Shown: positions 42,020 to 60,580, numbered from the stretch's first letter. The stretch: 64,000 nt of DNA from the human T2T-CHM13v2.0 reference genome, Homo sapiens (GCF_009914755.1 NC_060937.1), one strand, 5' to 3'. Notes: generated by a model not told the origin, from the sequence alone. Numbers and translations: made by a program.

Positions 42020-42630
42020 AAAACCCTTTGAGAACAGTTTGACAGTTTCTTAAAAGACTAAATATACACTTACCATACAACTCAGCCATTTTACTCCTAA
42101 GTATTTATGCAAGGTAAATGAAAACACGTCTACACAGAGACTTGTACATGAATGTTCATAGCAGCTGTTTGTGTAATATCCAAAACCTCCCAAAATGCAA
42201 ATAGCCATCAACTGGTAAAATAAATAAGTTATGGTATATCTATACAATGAAATACTACTCAGTGATGAAAAGGGATGAACTATTGATATACACAATTGTA
42301 AGGATCCATCTCAAAATCATTATGCTGAGTGAAAGAAGCTAGGTATAACAAAGAATACATACCGAATGATTCAATGTATTTTATGTAACATTTTAAGAAA
42401 TGCAAACTAATATATAGTGACAGAAAGATAAGTGGTTGTATGAGGATAGGGGTGGAGGGAGGTATGGATTATTAAAGGGCACCAGGAAATTTTAGGGGTG
42501 ATAGAAATGTTCATTATTTTGATTGTAGTGATGTTTTCAAAGGTGTATGCCTGTGTCAGAATTCATCAAATTGAACCCTTTCAACATATACAGTTTATCG
42601 TAAGTCAATTACACCTCAATAAAAAAGCAA
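42020..42630 (+). mobile_element. L1MB/MC 3' end
   Basis: 'cttgtacatgaatgttcatagcagc', 'atctcaaaatcattatgctgagtgaaagaagc', 'gtcaattacacctcaataaa'. Confidence 0.75.
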
Positions 42631-42754
42631 AAAAAAAGTATACTCATTAAAAGATATACAAGAAATGAATCAATAAAACCACAGACTGGTGGAAAATATT
42701 TGTGATACCTATATCTGACAAAATACTTAGATCTGGACTGTATAAAGAACTCTT

Positions 42755-43661
42755 GGGGGGAGGAGCCAAGATGGCCGAATAGGAACAGCTCCGGTCTACA
42801 GCTCCCAGCGTGACCGACGCAGAAGACCGGTGATGTCTGCATTTCCATCTGAGGTACCGGGTTCATCTCACTAGGGAGTGCCAGACAGTGGGCGCAGGCC
42901 AGTGGGTGCGTGCACGGTGCGCAAGCCAAAGCAGGGCGAGGCATTGCCTCACCTGGGAAGTGCAAGGGGTCAGGGAGTTCCCTTTCCGAGTCAAAGAAAG
43001 GGGTGACGGACGCACCTGGAAAATCGGGTCACTCCCACCCGAATATTGCGCTTTTCAGACTGGCTTAAAAAATGGCGCACCACGAGACTATATCCCACAC
43101 CTGGCTCTGAGGGTCCTATGCCCACGGAATCTCGCTGATTGCTAGCACAGCAGTCTGTGATCAAACTGCAAGGCGGCAGCGAGGCTGGGGGAGGGGCGCC
43201 CGCCATTGCCCAGGCTTGCTTAGGTAAACAAAGCAGCCAGGAAGCTCGAACTGGGTGGAGCCCACCACAGCTCAAGGAGGCCTGCCTGCCTCCGTAGGCT
43301 CCACCTCTGGGGGCAGGGCACAGACAAACAAAAAGACAGCAGTAACCTCTGCAGACTTAAATGTCCCTGTCTGACAGCTTTGAAGGGAGCAGTGGTTCTC
43401 CCAGCACGCAGCTGGAGATCTGAGAACCGGCAGACTGCCTCTTCAAGTGGGTCCCTGACCCCTGACCCCCGAGCAGCCTAACTGGGAGGCACCCCCCAGC
43501 AGGGGCACACTGACACCTCACACGGCAGGGTATTCCAACAGACCTGCAGCTGAGGGTCCTGTCTGTTAGAAGGAAAACTAACAAACAGAAAGGACATCCA
43601 CACCAAAAACCCATCTGTACATCACCATCATCAAAGACCAAAAGTAGATAAAACCACAAAG
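42755..43661 (+). promoter_or_regulatory. L1 5'UTR: internal sense Pol II promoter plus antisense promoter, intact YY1 site
   Basis: YY1 motif 'caagatggccg' at 42767-42777. CpG-rich. Length matches the short L1PA2/L1HS UTR form. Confidence 0.9.
42991..43206 (-). CDS. ORF0: L1 ORF0 (primate-specific antisense ORF, 71 aa)
   Basis: MAGAPPPASLPPCSL...RCVRHPFL from the ATG at 43206 (context gcaATGG). Both donors present: ccag|gtgtgg and ccag|gtgcgt. Confidence 0.88.
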   Translation of the reverse strand: MAGAPPPASLPPCSLITDCCASNQRDSVGIGPSEPGVGYSLVVRHFLSQSEKRNIRVGVTRFSRCVRHPFL

Positions 43662-44678
43662 ATGGGGAAAAAACAGAACAGAAAAACTGGAAGCTCTAAA
43701 AATCAGAGCGCCTCTCCTCCTCCAAAGGAACGCAGCTCCTCACCAGCAACAGAACAAAGCTGGATGGAGAATGACTTTGACGAGCTGAGAGAAGAAGGCT
43801 TCAGACGATCAAATTACTCTGAGCTACGGGAGGACGTTCAAACCAAAGGCAAAGAAGTTGAAAACTTTGAAAAAAATTTAGAAGAATGTATAACTAGAAT
43901 AACCAATACAGAGAAGTGCTTAAAGGAGCTGATGGAGCTGAAAACCAAGGCTCGAGAACTACATGAAGAATGCAGAAGCCTCAGGAGCCGATGGGATCAA
44001 CTGGAAGAAAGGGTGTCAGCAATGGAAGATGAAATGAATGAAATGAAGCGAGAAGGGAAGTTTAGAGAAAAAAGAATAAAAAGAAATGAGCAAAGCCTCC
44101 AAGAAATATGGGACTATGTGAAAAGACCAAATCTACGTCTGATTGGTGTACCTGAAAGTGATGGGGAGAATGGAACCAAGTTGGAAAACACTCTGCAGGA
44201 TATTATCCAGGAGAACTTCCCCAATCTAGCAAGGCAGGCCAACGTTCAGATTCAGGAAATACAGAGAATGCCACAAAGATACTCCTCGAGAAGAGCAACT
44301 CCAAGACACATAATTGTCAGATTCACCAAAGTTGAAATGAAGGAAAAAATGTTAAGGGCAGCCAGAGAGAAAGGTCGGGTTACCCTCAAAGGGCAGCCCA
44401 TCAGACTAACAGCGGATCTCTCGGCAGAAACCCTACAAGCCAGAAGAGAGTGGGGGCCAATATTCAACATTCTTAAAGAAAAGAATTTTCAACCCAGAAT
44501 TTCATATCCAGCCAAGCTAAGCTTCATAAGTGAAGGAGAAATAAAATACTTTACAGACAAGCAAATGCTGAGAGACTTTGTCACCACCAGACCTGCCCTA
44601 AAAGAGCTCCTGAAGGAAGCGCTAAACATGGAAAGGAACAACCAGTACCAGCTGCTGCAAAATCATGCCAAAATGTAA
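43662..44678 (+). CDS. ORF1: LINE-1 ORF1p (coiled coil-RRM-CTD RNA-binding chaperone), 338 aa
   Basis: Canonical length and sequence. REKG, ARR and YPAKLS motifs intact. Confidence 0.98.
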   Translation: MGKKQNRKTGSSKNQSASPPPKERSSSPATEQSWMENDFDELREEGFRRSNYSELREDVQTKGKEVENFEKNLEECITRITNTEKCLKELMELKTKARELHEECRSLRSRWDQLEERVSAMEDEMNEMKREGKFREKRIKRNEQSLQEIWDYVKRPNLRLIGVPESDGENGTKLENTLQDIIQENFPNLARQANVQIQEIQRMPQRYSSRRATPRHIIVRFTKVEMKEKMLRAAREKGRVTLKGQPIRLTADLSAETLQARREWGPIFNILKEKNFQPRISYPAKLSFISEGEIKYFTDKQMLRDFVTTRPALKELLKEALNMERNNQYQLLQNHAKM

Positions 44679-44714
44679 AGACCATCGAGACTAGGAAGAA
44701 ACTGCATCAACTAA

Positions 44715-48569
<3,855 letters not shown>

Positions 48570-48803
48570 ACAATGAGATCACATGGACACAGGAAGGGGA
48601 ATATCACACTCTGGGGACTGTGGTGGGGTGGGGGGAGGGGGGAGGGATAGCATTGGGAGATATACCTAATGCTAGATGACGAGTTAGTGGGTGCAGCGCA
48701 CCAGCATGGCACATGTATACATATGTAACTAACCTGCACAATGTGCACATGTACCCTAAAACTTAAAGTATAATAAAAAAAAAGAAAAAAAAAAAGAACT
48801 CTT

Positions 48804-49570
48804 AACAACTCAAAAATAAAATGATTAATGACACAAAAACAAATCAGTTATGAAAGGCCAGTAAGCTCATGTAAGGCTGCCCAACATCATTAGACGTTAG
48901 GGAAATATAATAAAAATCACAAGGAAATACCACTTCATACTAAGTAAAATAGCTAAAATAAAAAAGATGTACAATAATAAACGTAAGTAAGGATGTGGGG
49001 CAACTGTGATGCTCATACATTGCTGCTGGGAAAGTAAAATTAGATAATTTGAAAAACTATTTTGCAATTTCTTCTGAACTTTATTATAAAGTAAAGTATA
49101 TACCTACCCCATGACTTATAGGTATTTACACAAGAGAAATGAACACATATGTCCATAAAAAGACTTTTATGAGAATATCAATAGTGGCTCTATTCATAAT
49201 AACCCAAACTTGAAACAACTAAAATGTCCCTCGACTAGCAGAATAAATAAGCAAATTGTGGCATATTTAGACATTAGAATAATACTCAGCAGTAAAAAGG
49301 GAGGAACTACTGATACATGGAACAACATGAACACACTTCTAAGACATTATTTTGAATAAAAGAAGCCAGCTGCAAAAGATTCTATTACTACATTTAAGAT
49401 GGAAATAAAAACAATGGCTGCCTAGGGGATGCTGGCGGTGCTGGCAATGGGGGGTAGGATTCAACAAAGGGGCAGGAGGAAACCTTCTGGGGGATAGAAA
49501 TGTCCTATATCTTGCTCTTAAAATCTATGTATTTTATTGTAGGTAAGCTGTACCTCACTGAAAAAATATT
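48804..49570 (+). mobile_element. Old L1M ORF2-3' end/3'UTR, the host of the L1PA2 (5' piece ~42640-42754)
   Basis: 'atatctgacaaaa...tataaagaactctt|aacaactcaa' is contiguous old-L1 sequence across the insertion. Also 'caacatcattag' and 'ataccacttcatac'. Confidence 0.75.
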
Positions 49571-49654
49571 TTAAAAAGCAAGGACCAAAGAGCTAATGCA
49601 AATGTGATGAAATGTTGGTAATTGTTGAATCTGGGGAATGGGCTTATGGGGGTT

Positions 49655-50100
49655 TATCAAACCATTCTCTCGACATCCTAATCCCTAGAATCTGTGAATA
49701 TGTTACCTTACATTGCAAAAGGGAATTTGTATTTGTGACTAAGGTTAAGGACCTTGAGATGGGGGAGATAATCCTGAATGAATCCTTAAAAATGGAGAAC
49801 CTTTCTTGGCTATGGTCAGATGAGGTATGACTATGGAAGAATGGTCAGAGATGCAACATTGCTGGGTTTTGAAGATGAAGGAAGGAGCTGTGAGCAAGGA
49901 AGAGGGGTGGCCTCTAGAAGCCGGAAAAGGCAAGAAAGGGGATTCTTCCTTCTAAGCTCCATAAATGCACCCCAGTCAACACTATGATTTTAGTTCATTA
50001 AGACCCATGTTGAACTGCCAATCTACAGCAATGTGAAACAATAAATATGTGTTGTTCAAGCTACTAAGTTTGTGACAATTTGTTACAGTAGCAAAAAAAA
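49655..50100 (+). mobile_element. MLT1C/D MaLR LTR
   Basis: 'atcctaatccctagaatctgtgaatatgttacctta...ggaccttgagatgggggagataatcctg...tttgttacagtagcaa'. Confidence 0.82.
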
Positions 50101-50609
50101 AGCAATATATGCATATAACTGATAAAATATTGATATCAATAATATATGAATAACTCCCCCAAATCAATAAGAAATGCATTAAAAGCAATACAAAATGAAA
50201 ACAGGATATAAATAGACAATTAACAAAAAATAAAATGCATATGGCCAATAAACATATTTAAAAATGCCCAACTTTACTAGTTAACATTGAAATAAAAAAT
50301 TACAAAATAGCTGAAAATACTCAATGTTGTGGATGAGTGGATAAACTAGAACTCTCCTACAGTGCTAAGTAGAATAACAAATTGGTATTAATACAACCAC
50401 TTTTCAGAGTAATTTGATAAGCTCTGAAAATACATATACTTATGATCTAGATATTCCAGTTTTAGGTATATTCTCCAGAGGAACTTGCACATGGGCTCTA
50501 GAAGACATGCTCAAGAATGTTTATTAGGTCGTCATTTGTAACAATAAAAGATTGGAAACAATCTAGATATTCATCAACAAGAGCATATACAGCTAACCTG
50601 GGGCATTCT

Positions 50610-51498
<889 letters not shown>

Positions 51499-52026
51499 TT
51501 ATGATGATCTAATTCCATAAAAAACAATAAGGTCCAGAAGGGTGAGGGTCTTGATTGTGTTTCACTAATATATTCTAAGATCCCAAAGTTGTGCCTGACA
51601 TGTAGTAAGGATGCAGTACATATATTTTGAATAATTAATAAATGAAATATATTCAGACAGAGGAATATTATTTACAAAAATTTTCAAAAATTTATAAATA
51701 TGAATTGTATATGAATATACATGTTTGTATTAGTAATATAAGCAACTTTCATTAGACTGATAGATATTAAAATTAGGGTGCAATTATTGTTGGAGAAAAG
51801 GGGAAAGTAAGATTATGGTGGTATATACAGGAACTTCAATTGCACCTGAAATGTTGTATTTCTTAAAAAGTAAGAGTTGAAGCCAATATAAAATTTAAGA
51901 TTTAAAAATGTGTGGTATGTATATGAAGTGTTATTATTCTGTATGCTTGTCTGTATGTATAAATTTTGTCATAATAAATTTTTCAAAAATAACAGAATAG
52001 GAAATGTGAAAGTAGAGATAACTCTA

Positions 52027-52069
52027 CTTTAAAATTGTGCTTTAAAATTGTGCTGACACAATTTTAAAG
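52027..52069. repeat. 13-bp unit in two direct copies and one inverted copy
   Basis: ctttaaaattgtg x2, then ctga, then cacaattttaaag. Confidence 0.95.
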
Positions 52070-52082
52070 AAAGTTAGCCTGA

Positions 52083-52445
<363 letters not shown>

Positions 52446-53169
52446 TGAGAGACTTGGACATGTCTACATATTGAAGGGAAGGAACAAATAAAGGAAGATA
52501 AAGGAATGGTGAGAAGTGATTAAGACTTTAACTTCTGAGAAGGGTGGGAGTTATGGCTTATCAGAGGCCACAAAATATTGCAGAGCCACACTGATGGACT
52601 GGCTCTTATTCACTCATTTATTCATTCATTCACTCATTCAACCAATATTATAGGCCCACTGTTGAGAAAATTTCAGCATCTCTCTAGAGGATTCCCAGCA
52701 GAAGGGGTATCCTTTAGGGAGAACCAATATTTATTCAACATTCAGGGGGGTGGAGAATGTGTTTCTGGAAGAGTTTGAGAATAGAAGCATCAAGAGCTAG
52801 GAAAAACAAGTTGGAAGGGAAGATAGCAGAGAGAACACAAAAACTTGAAATTATGAGTCCCATGAAGACAGGAACAGAATCCAACCCTGACATAATGAAG
52901 TAGGAGATTTGCCCATTGATAGAATGAACTAGCTTGGTGGCCCCTGCCATGACTTGATGGGGCTGGAGACAATGAGTTTGAGTTGTGATCTGGTACTCTC
53001 TGTTGCCCACGGTGCTGTACTGCTCTTGAGGCCATTCCTAAGTGTAGCGTTAACTCTGTCACCTCTTTTACAGGTCTCACCTACCAAATCATAATAAATA
53101 TCTATATATTTGGAGATAGAGATGAAAACCATGTGGCTGTATCCAGTTGGAGTGAAAAATATGAACTGT

Positions 53170-54900
53170 AAGTATTTTTTTATTGTGGAAAAAAGCACAT
53201 GTCATAACTTTCTAGTGTTAAGTGTACAGTTCAGTAGTGTTAAGTATATTCACATTGTTGTGAATCAGATCTCCAGGATTTTTTCTTCTTGCAGAACTAA
53301 AACGATACCCATTAAAAAACAATTCTCATTTGTCTCCTATCCCCATTCCCTAGTAACTTTCATTCTATGTTTTATAGCTATGTATTTGACTACTTTAGAT
53401 ATCTAATGTAAGTAGAATCACACAGTATTTGTCATTTTGTAACTAACTTATTTCACTTAGCATAACGTTCTCAAGAGTCATCCATGTTGTAGCATGTGAC
53501 AGGGTTTCCTTCCTTTTTAAGGCTGAGTAATATTTCATTATGTGGATATACACATTTTGTTAATCCATTCATCTGTCCATGGACACTTGGGTTGTTTCCA
53601 CCTCTTAACTATTGTGGATAATGCTGCTATAAACATGGGTGTGCAAATATCTCTTTGAGACCCTCCTTTCCATTATTTAGGATGCATACCCAGAAGTGGG
53701 CTTACTGGATCATATAATAGTTCTATTCTTAATTTTTGGAGTAATTGCCATATTGTTTTCCATAGCAGCTGCACCATTTGCAATTCTACCAACAGTATGC
53801 AAGAGTTCCAACTTTTTTTTACATTCTTGTCAGCACTTGTTATTTTCTGAGTTGTTGATAGTAGCCATCCTAATAGGTGTGAGGTGATATCTCATTGTGG
53901 TTTTGAAGTGCATTTCTTTAATGATTAGTGATGTTGAACATCTTTTCATATGTTTCTTGGCCACTTGTACATCTTCTTTGCAGAAATGTCTATTCAAGTC
54001 CTGTGCCCATTTAAAAATCAAGTTATTTGATTTTTTGTTGTTAAGTCCTAGGAGTTCTTTATATATTTTGGACACCAACCCCTTATCAGATATATAATTT
54101 GTAAATATTTTTCCCATTCCATAGGTTGTCTTTTCACTCTGCTGATTGTGTCTATTGATGAACAAAAGTTTTTGAGTTTGAAATAGTCTCATTTACCTAT
54201 TTTGCATCTGTTGCCTATTTCGTGTCATTTCTAAGAAATCATTGCCAGATTCAATATCATAAAGCTTTCCCCCTTTTTCTTGTAACAGTTTTGTAAGTTT
54301 GGGTTCTTACCTTTGGGTCATTAGCCCAAGTTAATTTTTGAACATGGTGTAAGATAAGTGTTCAATTTCATTCTTTTGCATGAGGATATCTAGTCTTCCC
54401 AATACCATTTGTTGAAGGGACTGTCAATTTTTGATATTTTCAAAGAACTAACTCTTAGTTTTATGTAGTTTTCTATTATTTTCCTATTTTCTATTTCATT
54501 TGTCTCTGCTCTAATCTTTATTTTCTCCCTTCTGCTAGCATTAGGTTTAGTTTGTTTTTCTTTTTCGGGTTCCTTGAGGTGTAAAGTTAGGTTTTTAATT
54601 CGAGATCTTTCTTCTTCTTTTAATTGTATGTTTATAGCTATAAACTCTCCTCTTAGCACTGCTTTTCCTACATCTCGTAAGCTTTATTTTTATTTGTCTC
54701 AAGATATTTTCTAATTTCTCTTATGACTTCGTCTTTGACCTATTGGTTGTTTAAGGTGGTGTTTTTAAATTTCCACTTATTTGTGTATTTCCAGTTTTCC
54801 TTCTGCTATTGATTTCTAGTTTATTTTTACCACTTTTAGAAAAAGATAGTTTCTATAATACTGGTCTTTTAAAATTTGTTGAGCTTTGTTTTGTGGCGGT
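53170..54900 (-). mobile_element. L1MB-type 3' end plus internally deleted ORF2 remnant
   Basis: ORF-track fragments '[27 protein letters not shown]' and 'LRGEFIAIN...KIRAETNEIE' match L1 ORF2p. Confidence 0.85.
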
Positions 54901-55399
54901 ATATTTTTTTAAGGAAGGACAGCTTAATTGCTTTTAGGTCCTGCATATGAAAATTCAAATTATAGTTAGGTGTGAATTCATGGACACAGTCGTTGTTACA
55001 TCTCTAAATGGGGAATCTGGGAAGTATTACATAATCATGAATCACAAACATGAATCCTAAGTTAAGTCATCTATTTTACAACCTTTCACTCAACGAAAAT
55101 TATGTATGGAACCTACAATCATAGTCTCATAAAGTTATGTACTGGTCAAATTGGCCTTAGTGGTCACTTAATGTGTTCCCTTATGTTGCAGATGAAGAAA
55201 GAAGGAGTTCTGCTTCTTCCAAAGGAGTGACTCCCAAAGGAACAAGAATTGACCATAGGTTATGGCTTGTGTTACAATACACCGATGTTGTCTTTGAGGC
55301 CATCCACTGACGTCCTCACCCATGGCATAAGCAAGTTTTTCTGAAGGTATTTTTGGATGTTTACAATGTTTGCATAGTCTAAAACTCAGAACTATTTTT

Positions 55400-56313
55400 A
55401 AACTAGATTTATTCTTTAGAGAAGTTTTAGGTTCACAGCAAAATTGATCAGAAAGTATAGAGAATTCTCATACCTTCTGCCCCTACACAAGCATAGCCTC
55501 CCAAACTAGCAACATCCTGTACCAGAATGGTGCATTTGTTACAACCAATTAACCCGAACTGAGAAATCATTATCACCCAAAGTCCATAGTTTAAATTAGG
55601 GTTCACTCTTGGTGTTGGTATGTTCTGCTTTAAAAAAATATGATATTAATACTTATTTAAAATTTACCACTTAGCCATTTATAGCATACAGTTCAGTAGT
55701 GTTAAGTATATTCACACTGTTGTGAAACAGATCTCCAGAACTTTTTCATCTTGCAGGAGTTTAAATAACAACTCCAGTTTTCCTCTTCTCCTCAGCCCCT
55801 TGGTAACCACCATTCTACTTTCTGTTTCTATGAATTTGACTACTCTAGGTACCTCATATGAGTGGAGTCATACAGTATTTGTCTTTTTGTGACTAGATGA
55901 TTTCATTTAGCATGTCTTCAAGGTTCATCCGTGTTGTAACATGTGACAGGATTTCCTCCCTTTTTAAGGCTGAGTAATATTCCACTGTATGTATATAGAA
56001 CATTTTGTTTATCCATTCATCCTTTGATGAACACTTGGGTTTCTTCTACCTTTTGGCTATTGTGGGAATAATGCTGCTATGAACATATTGAGACCCTGCT
56101 TTCAATGCTTTTGGATATATACCCAGAAATGGGATTGCTGGATCATATAGTAGTTCTATTTTTAATTTTTGAGGAATTACCACACTATTTTCCATAGTAA
56201 TTGCACCATTTTACAGTCTTACCAACACTGGTTCCAGTTCCTCCACATCCTTACCAACACATTATTCTTTTTTCTTTCTTTTTAAATAACAGACATTCTA
56301 ACAGGTATGAGGT
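55400..56313 (-). mobile_element. L1MB/MC 3'-end fragments (two pieces)
   Basis: 'ttttaggttcacagcaaaattga' and 'cagttcagtagtgttaagtatattcac...gggattgctggatcatatag'. Confidence 0.8.
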
Positions 56314-56539
56314 GTAGAATTTAGAACCTGTTAATCTCTCTCACGGATTTCTTTCTCACAACGGAACTTCCACAGAATTTTGTTTTTTCATTGTGTTAGG
56401 GTTAACTGCCAACTTCCTATTTAGGATTGGGACAAAAATTCTACAGACAAAATATGGGGGAAATGAAATGTTTCCTAAGGAAGAGAAATAGATTTGTGAG
56501 ATATTATGTATCAATGAATTATTCCTAAAAAGCTTTAAA

Positions 56540-56928
56540 GTAGGACAATTATCCTGGATTACCCAGGTGGGCCAGATGTAATCATATGAGCCCTTGAAAT
56601 CATAAGAGGAAGGTACAGGGGAAGTCAGAGGGCTGTGAAGTATGACAAGTGCTAAATCCACCATTGCTGGCTTCAAGACAGAGGGGAAACATGGGAACCA
56701 TGAGAAGGAAATGAATTCTGTCGACAACATGAATGGACCAGAGAGTGGATTCTCCCTTAGAACCTCCCATGGAGAGCCTTGACACCCTGAGTTTGGACTT
56801 GTGAGATCCTAAGCAGAATCCCAGCCTAGTCTGCTGGACATCTGACCTATAAAACTGTGAAATAATAAATGAGTGTTGTTTTAAGCTGCCAGGTTTGTGG
56901 TAATTTTTGTGGCAGCAATAGAAAACCA
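56540..56928 (+). mobile_element. MLT1D/E MaLR LTR fragment
   Basis: 'attatcctggattacccaggtgggcc...gtgttgttttaagctgccaggtttgtggtaatttttgtggcagcaatagaaaac'. Confidence 0.78.
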
Positions 56929-57580
56929 AAGCACTAGATATTCATTTTATGTGTTGAAAACAGTAGAACGTTCTCTCCAGATGAAATATTTGGATCACTG
57001 CAGAGCTTCTTTGGTCACATCTAGGGATTGTGTGTGAGACTCCACTGAACATATCTTCCAGGCATCCCCTCAAAGCATTTGAATAGATTTAGATATAGAC
57101 ATCCTATGAGTAAACCTGATCTCAATACTTAACTGCAGTGCACTGTGGCTTCTGTTACTTCTTCATCATTCCCACTGGACTGTATAATCCATAAGGGCAG
57201 GAGCCATTTCTTCTTAATGTTCATTCCCCAAGAGCAAAACACAGTGTTGACAAAAGGTAGGCACTCAATAAACATTTTTATGAATGAATGTTAAGAGAGT
57301 TTGACAACTAATGTCTCCAGAGGACAATATTGGTTATGGGTAGAGGCAGAGCAAAGAACTAGAAGCACAGCAGTGAACAAGATAGGGAAGGAAAGAATTT
57401 CATGGACAAAGGAATGTAGAGTTTAATACATGCATAATTATTGTTTGTTTAAAAAATTTCCATGATATATTTCTCCTACTGGCACCACCAGTGGAATCAA
57501 TTTCAGGAAGTAGGCTGACCGTTGCATAAGTGGCTTGTGAAACATCACATCGTAGCTCACATTCCCAACAACTTGAATAA

Positions 57581-57583
<3 letters not shown>

Positions 57584-57634
<51 letters not shown>
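57584..57634. repeat. (TG)25 microsatellite
   Basis: Seen directly. Confidence 0.98.
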
Positions 57635-57636
<2 letters not shown>

Positions 57637-58688
57637 TTTACCCCCCAAGGACAATTCTCCTGGCTTCCCTGCAGCTGAAGTCAGATTTGTGTTTAGTAAT
57701 CTCGTGGTGACTATGTTTTCCCTGCGGGAATAGAATACACCAGGGTTGATGCCCCCCATGTGGAGAGGAGCTGAGACTCCGTGCAGCTTGGTGAGGTGTG
57801 GGTACACAGACAGTCCAGGGAACTTGGTTCAAGCTCCGAGAACCTGAAGATGGCCTGTGAGGCTGCAGCAGGAGAACACATGTTACTGGTTATACCCCAA
57901 AGGCAAGCCAGAGGCAGGGGCTGTGAAGATGGCAAGCCAGAGATGTCTGTGAGGAAGGCAAGCCGTGGGAGCATGCAGCAAATGGGAGGAACCTTAAGCA
58001 CACACACCCCCAATTCATTTTTGTGAAGACTGACTCTGTCTTGAAAACTAATTAAATAAATGCCAGCCCATTCTCTCTTCCCAGTGCACTTCTTACTATT
58101 TTAGTCACTGTAATTGAGAGTAGAAATAATCTCCACTGTGCCTGAAAAACAGCTCTTGGATACTCTATTTTACATGAAGTAGAAAAACATGAGGTGAATG
58201 TGACAACTGGCCTTCAAGGAATGGCAACTGGCTGTATATCCAGTTTCACTGGTTTTGCTCTGCAGTTTGTGATTTGTGCAGTTAGTGAAGTAGATCTCCA
58301 CATGCTTTCAGGGTTTTTGTTGCCCCTGGTACTGGAGCAGAGAACTATTATCAGGAGTAAATTTTATGACTTCAATCTAGGTTGTGAATTTGGGTCAGCC
58401 ATTTTACCATTTAAAGTCTCCACTTCTTGTTCTTAAACAAAACAAAACAAAACAAAAAAACAGAATAAGTCAAAGAGGAGATGAGAGGTAGAGGAACTTG
58501 AAAGTGCTCACTTTTAAAGCTAGCTTCTGGACTTTTCTTATTTCATCACTTGATGGTTTTGTCTACTTTCCATGAATTCTAAATTTTATGGTGGGTTTGG
58601 AAGAAACATGTCTTCTATATATGGGCAGATCCAGGTTTTGTGGAGCTTGAGCCTTAAGCAATGTTGGAAACCCTCTTTAAGGAAAAGA

Positions 58689-59313
<625 letters not shown>

Positions 59314-60389
59314 GAGAAAGAAAGAAATAATTTTAAAAAACACACAAGGTACCTACATTGGCAAATTTTACAAAAATATATGACCCTGTGAACACATCAT
59401 CACCTCCAGGGCCAGGGAATAGTTTGTGCAGATGAGTGGCCCTGAATCTCATGCTTTATGACTTCCTGGTAAATCCACCTCCGCATCTACACGTGAGAAT
59501 CATGTTGCTTCCCTGAGAAGAACAGAGTGAGGCAAGAGCAAAATACTGTATTAATCCAATCAGACCTAAAATGAATCCTGCCCTTTTACAGAGGAACAGA
59601 GGAGGAAACTGGGGTTCAGAGAGGACAAGTAACACCCAACATCACATATACAATCAGTGTTAGAATCTGCTTCCTTTAACTTCAATTTTCAGACTGGTAT
59701 TTCTGTGCTATTTCCCAGGAAAGCTTGTAAAACCAGAGGAAACAATAGGAGTAAATATGTTACAGTCTGTTTTTCCTTATAGAGGTACTGTATACACACA
59801 GCCAACAAGGAGGACATAGCCAACCCAGTAGAATCTGAGAGAGGATGACTGAGAGATTTTGCATCATCTGATCCCTTCCCTCTTTCCTGTTTTCAGAGGC
59901 TTACGAGGTGTGACTGCATGCTTTTTTTTGGTCAAGTTCAAAAGGACATTCATATCCAAATGAATGTTATCTTCTTGTTCCTTTCAAAGTAGGTTCTTAT
60001 TCCAAATTGCTGCCATTTTTAGAAACTTCTTTTTGGACTAACATTTTGTCAGTTTGAGTCACCCAAGAAAATCAGTACTTTGGGCAATTTTCTGTCTTCC
60101 TCCTTTCTTCTCTCCCTTCTTTCCTTGTTAATGAAAAAAGCATATTATCTAGTTTATTCACCAGGCTTGGTGCTAAGTGATTTTTAGATATTTCCAAAGA
60201 ATCATGCCCATGATTAAAGGTTTAAAATTTGGTATCATAAAAATATTAAAAATAATTTGATATGGATTCCAAAGAGGACTATAATTTTCACCTAAAACCT
60301 ATGAGAGGAAGGGAAAAATTTGTTTTAAGTTCAAGGTAGGTAGGATTTATACCTTCTTATATTAAAAAGACCTATGCAAGGTGAAAGAA

Positions 60390-60580
60390 CATCTGCCATG
60401 TGCCAGGCATTGTCCTAGATGGTTTCATGTGACATTTCTTACAATAATTTGCACTTATTCCTCCAATCTTAGGGAAACTGAGGCACTGAGAAGTTAGAAA
60501 ACTTGCAGTGGTAGAGATGAGATTAAAACCTAGTCTGCTAGTTCCCACATCAGTGCTCTTTCCCCTAGTCAACACACTTT
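60390..60580 (-). mobile_element. MIR SINE
   Basis: 'ccatgtgccaggcattgtcctag...gggaaactgaggcactgagaagtt'. Confidence 0.7.

Noticed and set aside
48613-48645. G-quadruplex motif in the L1 3'UTR
   Set aside because: Real, but a standard feature of young L1s.
48770-48900. 3' transduction after the full-length L1
   Set aside because: The TSD follows the poly(A) directly, and the downstream DNA continues the host L1M.
53200-56313. Apparent local duplication (53200-53890 versus 55680-56313)
   Set aside because: Both are L1MB-type 3' ends with many scattered differences. Independent insertions of one subfamily explain the similarity.
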